A DNA stretch of 62,912 nucleotides from sequence record SRR2962707_3740; one strand, given 5' to 3'. Shown piece after piece: positions 58,447-62,912 of this stretch. The notes beneath the pieces were generated by a model that saw only the letters and a list, made by a program, of their open reading frames with translations, ran no database searches and was not told the DNA's origin. Each line of letters begins with the position of its first letter. Within the stretch, counting starts at the first letter, position 1. Made by a program: the position numbers and the translations under genes.

Positions 58447-58458
58447 AATATCGATATT
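58447..58458. promoter_or_regulatory. Palindrome AATATCGATATT, candidate operator of the GntR at 52202
   Basis: Lies in the divergent FAH/YciI promoter; core ATATCGATAT recurs at 51912-51921 upstream of the GntR gene. Confidence 0.55.
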
Positions 58459-58474
58459 TTTAGAAAGGTGTCAC

Positions 58475-58861
58475 ATGCCCGAATGGAACGATTACAAAGC
58501 AGAGGCATCCGCACGCGGTGCGCTGGCGCTTGAGCTGTATGTCGTGTTCTCAACACCAACAGGTGACGTGGGAAAACTGGCTGCAACGCTGCCAGACCAT
58601 CTTGCCTATCAACGCAAGCTTGAACAAAACGGCCATCTTGTTATGGCCGGACCAATGTCCAACGAAGCCGGCACACATATCGAAGGTGCAGGATTGATGG
58701 TTTACAGGGCTTCATCCCTTGATGCAGCACGCGCCTTGGCAGAAGACGATCCAATGCATCGACAAGGTGCCCGGCGGTTTGAATTGCGTCGATGGCTGGT
58801 CAATGAAGGGGCGTTGTCCCTGTCAGTCGGTCTATCGACAAAATCGGTGGAACTCAGGTGA
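58475..58861 (+). CDS. YciI-family protein
   Basis: LPDHLAYQ..LE..G.L..AGP, A.DDPMH; start ATG 58475 with AAGGTG RBS. Confidence 0.88.
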   Translation: MPEWNDYKAEASARGALALELYVVFSTPTGDVGKLAATLPDHLAYQRKLEQNGHLVMAGPMSNEAGTHIEGAGLMVYRASSLDAARALAEDDPMHRQGARRFELRRWLVNEGALSLSVGLSTKSVELR

Positions 58862-59091
58862 TGTCGTTCGAACGCCTATCAACAAAGCAAGCGGCTCCAA
58901 ACCACCGGTCCAAACATCAAGACCATCCTGATCACAGAACAATAGATACATGTTGTTGAAGCACAACTGACCGAGTCGGCTCACCCAACAGCATCCCGAG
59001 ACCAAGAAACCGCAAGATGCCATCAACGGCACAAACATACTGGCACAGCCAGCTCTCAAATTTTGAGTAAGACACCACAGGGAGAAGACCA

Positions 59092-60123
59092 ATGAGAAAA
59101 GCACTGATAACGACATCGGCAATGGCAGCACTGCTTCTAGGGCAGTCCGCGATCGCAGCCAATATTGATGGCCCGTCCGTATTCTGGAAAATTTCCATGT
59201 ATGGCAACCCACGTGCCCTGACATCGGGCATGGAAGCACTTGCTGAGAAGGTCAAAGAAGAAACCGGCGGCAAATTCCAGATCAAAGTCTTTTATGCCGA
59301 GCAACTTGGCCCAGCACGCGAGGCCCTTGACGGTCTGAAATTGAATGCGTTTGAAGGCGCCGGGATTTGTAATTTCTATCACCCGGGCAAAAACCCCGCG
59401 TGGATGGTCTTTTCACTTCCTTTCCTGCCGATCGGCGAACCGGAAGTTGACATCTATGTGCGCAAAAAGATGTTCGAACATCCGGCTATTGTCGCGGACA
59501 TGGAAAAATGGAATGCAATCCCTTATGCCTCTGGCCTGCTCCCGCAATTCGAATTCATGGGCAAAGGCACCCCACCAGAAAAACTTGAAGACTGGAAAGG
59601 TCTTCAGATCCGTGCCGGCGGCGGACTGGGAGATGCCATGGAACAGCTTGGCGCAACCAAGCAAACCCTCTCGGCAACCGAAACCCTTACCGCATTTCAG
59701 AATGGCACCATTGATGCTGCAGCATTTCCATTCACCTATGCCCATGCAGCATTCAAGATCGATGAAGAGGCCGACTGGTATACCGCCAATATGGCACCTG
59801 GAACGTCGGAATGCGGCTGGGTCCTGAACAAAACATCATTTGAGGCGCTGCCAGATTCTTATCAATCACTCTTGATGGACAATCGCGATCTGGTTCTGGA
59901 GACGGTCCAACACGCCTATGCCAAACAAGATGCCGTCAATCTGGTGAAGTTCGAAAGCACGCTGCACAAAATCGAATATAGCGAAGAAAAACTCGATCAA
60001 TTCCGTGAGGTGGCCGGCCAACCAACTTGGAATGAATGGGTCAAGGAAAACCAATCATCGTTCGATGCACAAGGTGTTCTTGATGCGTTGCTGAGTTACG
60101 CAGCAGAAGCCCGAAAACAATAA
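59092..60123 (+). CDS. dctP: TRAP substrate-binding protein
   Basis: Signal peptide; ETGGKFQI, DWKGLQIRAGGG, G.IDA. Confidence 0.92.
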   Translation: MRKALITTSAMAALLLGQSAIAANIDGPSVFWKISMYGNPRALTSGMEALAEKVKEETGGKFQIKVFYAEQLGPAREALDGLKLNAFEGAGICNFYHPGKNPAWMVFSLPFLPIGEPEVDIYVRKKMFEHPAIVADMEKWNAIPYASGLLPQFEFMGKGTPPEKLEDWKGLQIRAGGGLGDAMEQLGATKQTLSATETLTAFQNGTIDAAAFPFTYAHAAFKIDEEADWYTANMAPGTSECGWVLNKTSFEALPDSYQSLLMDNRDLVLETVQHAYAKQDAVNLVKFESTLHKIEYSEEKLDQFREVAGQPTWNEWVKENQSSFDAQGVLDALLSYAAEARKQ

Positions 60124-60210
60124 GAACCACTAACAACGCAACGAAAAGTGCAGGACGGATTAGCAACCCGCCCTGCACCCAACCTAATCCAAAATATTTT
60201 ACGGAACCAC

Positions 60211-60846
60211 ATGATGATCGATGGCCTCAAACCTTCAAACAGAGCTCCGCAAGGCATTGTCGGCAGAATGGATCGGTGGCTCTCTCCTGTTGAAAACGCC
60301 ACCAATCTTGTCGCAGCGACCTTTATCTTTCTGCTGATGCTCTTGGGAATAGCGCAAATCACCCTACGCAGTGTCTTAGGGATACCGATTTCAGGATATA
60401 TCGATCTGGTCGAACTTTCGATGGCAGGGATGGCTTTTCTGGGGGCTGCCTATACCCAACGCCTGGGTGGACACGTCCGTATGGAACTGGTGGTTGGCAA
60501 CCTCAAAGGACGCGCCTATTGGCTGGCCGAAATCATTGGCCTAATTGTTGGTATGGCCATCATAGCGATCCTAACTTGGTACAGCGCCGAGCATTTCCTT
60601 CGGTCCTATCAACTGGGTGATACGACCATTGATGCAGAGTTTCCGGTTTGGCCCTCAAAGTTGCTAGTGCCGATTGCTTTCACGTTTTGGTTTCTCCGCC
60701 TGACAATCCAGCTTGTCGGCTCTCTAAGACTTGTCCTTGATCCGACGAAATCACCAGAAGGTGTTGTTCTGGTCAAGGACGCCGCTGAAACCGCCAGGGA
60801 AGAAGCGCACGATGCGCTGAGTACCCCCGCAACGAAGGAAGCCTGA
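60211..60846 (+). CDS. dctQ: TRAP transporter small permease
   Basis: PI.GYIDLVE, AYTQRLGGHVRME, PVWPSK. Confidence 0.9.
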   Translation: MMIDGLKPSNRAPQGIVGRMDRWLSPVENATNLVAATFIFLLMLLGIAQITLRSVLGIPISGYIDLVELSMAGMAFLGAAYTQRLGGHVRMELVVGNLKGRAYWLAEIIGLIVGMAIIAILTWYSAEHFLRSYQLGDTTIDAEFPVWPSKLLVPIAFTFWFLRLTIQLVGSLRLVLDPTKSPEGVVLVKDAAETAREEAHDALSTPATKEA

Positions 60847-60850
60847 GGCC

Positions 60851-62173
60851 ATGCTGATAGGACTAGGATTTGAACACCCGCTGCTGGTTGGTGCGATCGG
60901 CATTGGCCTACTTGTTTTGCTGGTATTTCTTGGGGTCCGTGTTGTTTTTGCTGCAGCCGTCGTTGGCCTCCTTGGTCTGGTTGAGTTAATCGGATGGGGC
61001 CCTGCTGCAGGCGTCGTCGGCATTGTTCCGCACGCAAAATCAACCATCTACGCCCTAAGCGTCCTTCCGATGTTTATCTTCATCGGGTTCGTCGCTTTTC
61101 ATGCCGGTATGACCGCACAGCTGTTTAACGCGGCTCAGAAATGGCTTGGCTGGCTTCCGGGCGGCATGGCCGTCGCTACGGTTCTTGCCACTGCCGGGTT
61201 CGCGGCAGTTTCGGGCGCCTCAACCGCGACATCAGCGGTTTTCTCGCGGGTCGCCATCCCCGAAATGCTAAAATATGGATATGACCGTCGCCTGGCTGCT
61301 GGGGTAGTCGCTGCTGGCGGCACCCTTGCAACTCTAATTCCACCATCGGCAATTTTGGTCATCTACGCGATTATCGTCGAAGAATCTGTTGGACGGTTAT
61401 TGTTGGCAGGTTTCCTTCCAGGGCTGGTCTCAGCCCTCATATATGCATTGATCATTGTGTTATGGGCAATGGTACGTCCAGAGGCCGCGCCCTCCGTGCC
61501 AGGTGCCACCTGGACAGAACGGGTAACGTCATTGCCACCACTGATGCCGATCATGCTGGTCGTCACCGTTATTATTTCAGCGATCTATCAAGGCTGGGCA
61601 ACCCCTACAGAAGCAGGTGCCCTTGGAGCCGGTATTGTTTTTGCCGTCGCGATATTTCGGGGTGTCGGCGTAAAATCTATCACTGCATCCCTGATGGAAT
61701 CTGCAAAACTGACCGTAATGATCTTTTCGCTTATTTGGGGTGTGACGATCTTCGTTCGTTTTCTCGGATTCTCTGGCGTCGCCGAGGCCTTTACAGCCTG
61801 GGTCGTTTCAATTGACGCACCTCCGATGGTAATCATGATTTGTATTCTGTTGGCCTATGCCATTCTCGGCATGTTCATGGATGCCATTGGAATGCTTCTT
61901 TTGACGCTGCCAGTTGTCTATCCGGCTGTGATGGCATTGGGGTTCGATTCCATCTGGTTTGGGATCATTGTTGTCAAAATGGCGGAGATCTGCCTTGTCA
62001 CCCCCCCAATCGGACTGAACTGCTTTGTCGTTAACGCCGTCAGACCAGACATCCCCTTGCCCGATGTTTTCCGGGGCATCATGCTATTTTTCATTGCGGA
62101 CGTCGTCACAATCATCGTCCTGCTGGCATTTCCGGAAATCGTTACCTGGCTCCCAGACCTGATGCGCAATTAA
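60851..62173 (+). CDS. dctM: TRAP transporter large permease
   Basis: SGASTAT, AAGGTLATLIPPS, EICLVTPPIG. Confidence 0.95.
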   Translation: MLIGLGFEHPLLVGAIGIGLLVLLVFLGVRVVFAAAVVGLLGLVELIGWGPAAGVVGIVPHAKSTIYALSVLPMFIFIGFVAFHAGMTAQLFNAAQKWLGWLPGGMAVATVLATAGFAAVSGASTATSAVFSRVAIPEMLKYGYDRRLAAGVVAAGGTLATLIPPSAILVIYAIIVEESVGRLLLAGFLPGLVSALIYALIIVLWAMVRPEAAPSVPGATWTERVTSLPPLMPIMLVVTVIISAIYQGWATPTEAGALGAGIVFAVAIFRGVGVKSITASLMESAKLTVMIFSLIWGVTIFVRFLGFSGVAEAFTAWVVSIDAPPMVIMICILLAYAILGMFMDAIGMLLLTLPVVYPAVMALGFDSIWFGIIVVKMAEICLVTPPIGLNCFVVNAVRPDIPLPDVFRGIMLFFIADVVTIIVLLAFPEIVTWLPDLMRN

Positions 62174-62192
62174 TCCCAAGGAAGAATACACG

Positions 62193-62678
62193 ATGAAACT
62201 CGTATCAAGCCTTTCACTTGCCACGGCCGAAAAGCTCATGGACGCAGTGCTCAAGACCGGTCGCAAGGAACAAATGAAACCCCTTACCGTTGCAGTACTT
62301 GATTCCGGCGGGCGTCTTGTTGCAATGAAATCAGAGGATGGCAGCGGTCTTTTGCGCTTTGACATTGCCTATGGCAAAGCATGGGGGGCGCTTGGCATGG
62401 GCCTTTCAAGCAGAACCATCCGTGATTATCTGGCAGCCCGACCATCGTTCCAGACCTCGTTGGCTGTTGCTTCAGACGGGCGTTTCATTCCTGTGCCGGG
62501 TGGAGTTCTCATTGAGAATTCCGACGGCATGGTCATCGGGGCCGTTGGGGTCAGCGGCGATACTTCTGAAAAAGACGAATACTGCGCAGTCCTAGCTATT
62601 CAGGTAACCGGCTACACATCAAAACCAGCGGATATTGATCCGAACTGGCAGGCATCCTCCCTATCAGATCAGCATTGA
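62193..62678 (+). CDS. GlcG/HbpS-family heme-binding protein
   Basis: VAVLD.GG......EDG......DIA.GKA, PGGV, GAVGVSG..SEKDE. Confidence 0.88.
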   Translation: MKLVSSLSLATAEKLMDAVLKTGRKEQMKPLTVAVLDSGGRLVAMKSEDGSGLLRFDIAYGKAWGALGMGLSSRTIRDYLAARPSFQTSLAVASDGRFIPVPGGVLIENSDGMVIGAVGVSGDTSEKDEYCAVLAIQVTGYTSKPADIDPNWQASSLSDQH

Positions 62679-62740
62679 TCAATGCAAACTCGCATTGATT
62701 TCCCCTCACTATCTTAGGGGGTGATCTGTAGGTGAAGCCT

Positions 62741-62776
62741 CGGGGTTTCAGGTCATACTGGAACCCCGTTTTTTTT
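62741..62776 (+). terminator. Rho-independent terminator
   Basis: CGGGGTTTCAG-N6-CTGGAACCCCG followed by T8. Confidence 0.8.
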
Positions 62777-62809
62777 AACTCAGCGCGCCTACACACAAAC
62801 ATCAGACAA

Positions 62810-62846
62810 AAAACAGGCTGCCCTTTCATTCGGGGCAGCCTGTTTT
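62810..62846. terminator. Bidirectional terminator-like hairpin
   Basis: AAAACAGGCTGCCC-N9-GGGCAGCCTGTTTT. Confidence 0.7.
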
Positions 62847-62912
62847 GGATCGGCCATATTGCGCGTCAAAGATCAAACTTAATGATCACAGCCGGGCGAT
62901 ATCATGGTGAAA

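Noticed and set aside
58355-58586. Head-to-head overlap of the FAH and YciI ORFs
   Set aside because: Family homology and RBSs place the starts at 58388 (-) and 58475 (+), leaving a normal divergent promoter.
62677-62700. AATGC-N6-GCATT as an alphaproteobacterial Mur/Fur box
   Set aside because: Spacing is wrong and it lies downstream of a stop codon; more likely a 3' hairpin.

Overview
Accessory, catabolism-rich region of a marine-type alphaproteobacterium (gene content and style suggest Thalassospira/Rhodospirillales; inference). Left to right: (1) a GntR-controlled acid-sugar operon (TRAP, atypical PdxA, enolase-superfamily dehydratase, AraD1/GguC-type FAH protein, start of an aldehyde dehydrogenase); (2) an imuA-imuB-dnaE2 mutagenesis cassette with a perfect alphaproteobacterial LexA box; (3) a MarR-controlled hydroxycinnamate beta-oxidation cluster with two TRAP systems; (4) a 3520-aa LEPR-XLL/DUF4347/VCBS giant surface protein followed by a TolC-family lipoprotein, two membrane-fusion proteins and a peptidase-M50/HlyD fusion, with no ABC ATPase or RND pump, which is the best candidate here for a poorly described secretion system; (5) a uronate/DEH scavenging cluster (TRAP, DEH-reductase-like SDR, kdgK, kdgF-like cupin, RraA-family aldolase); (6) an intradiol-dioxygenase aromatic cluster with two more TRAP systems. 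Two homologous, co-oriented non-coding elements with Tn7-family end architecture (TGT, spaced TnsB-like repeats, IHF site) lie at about 26115 (decayed) and 43354 (intact), suggesting a nested Tn7-type island. No tns genes, rRNA, tRNA or CRISPR array were seen. All calls come from motif recognition by eye; no database searches were run.
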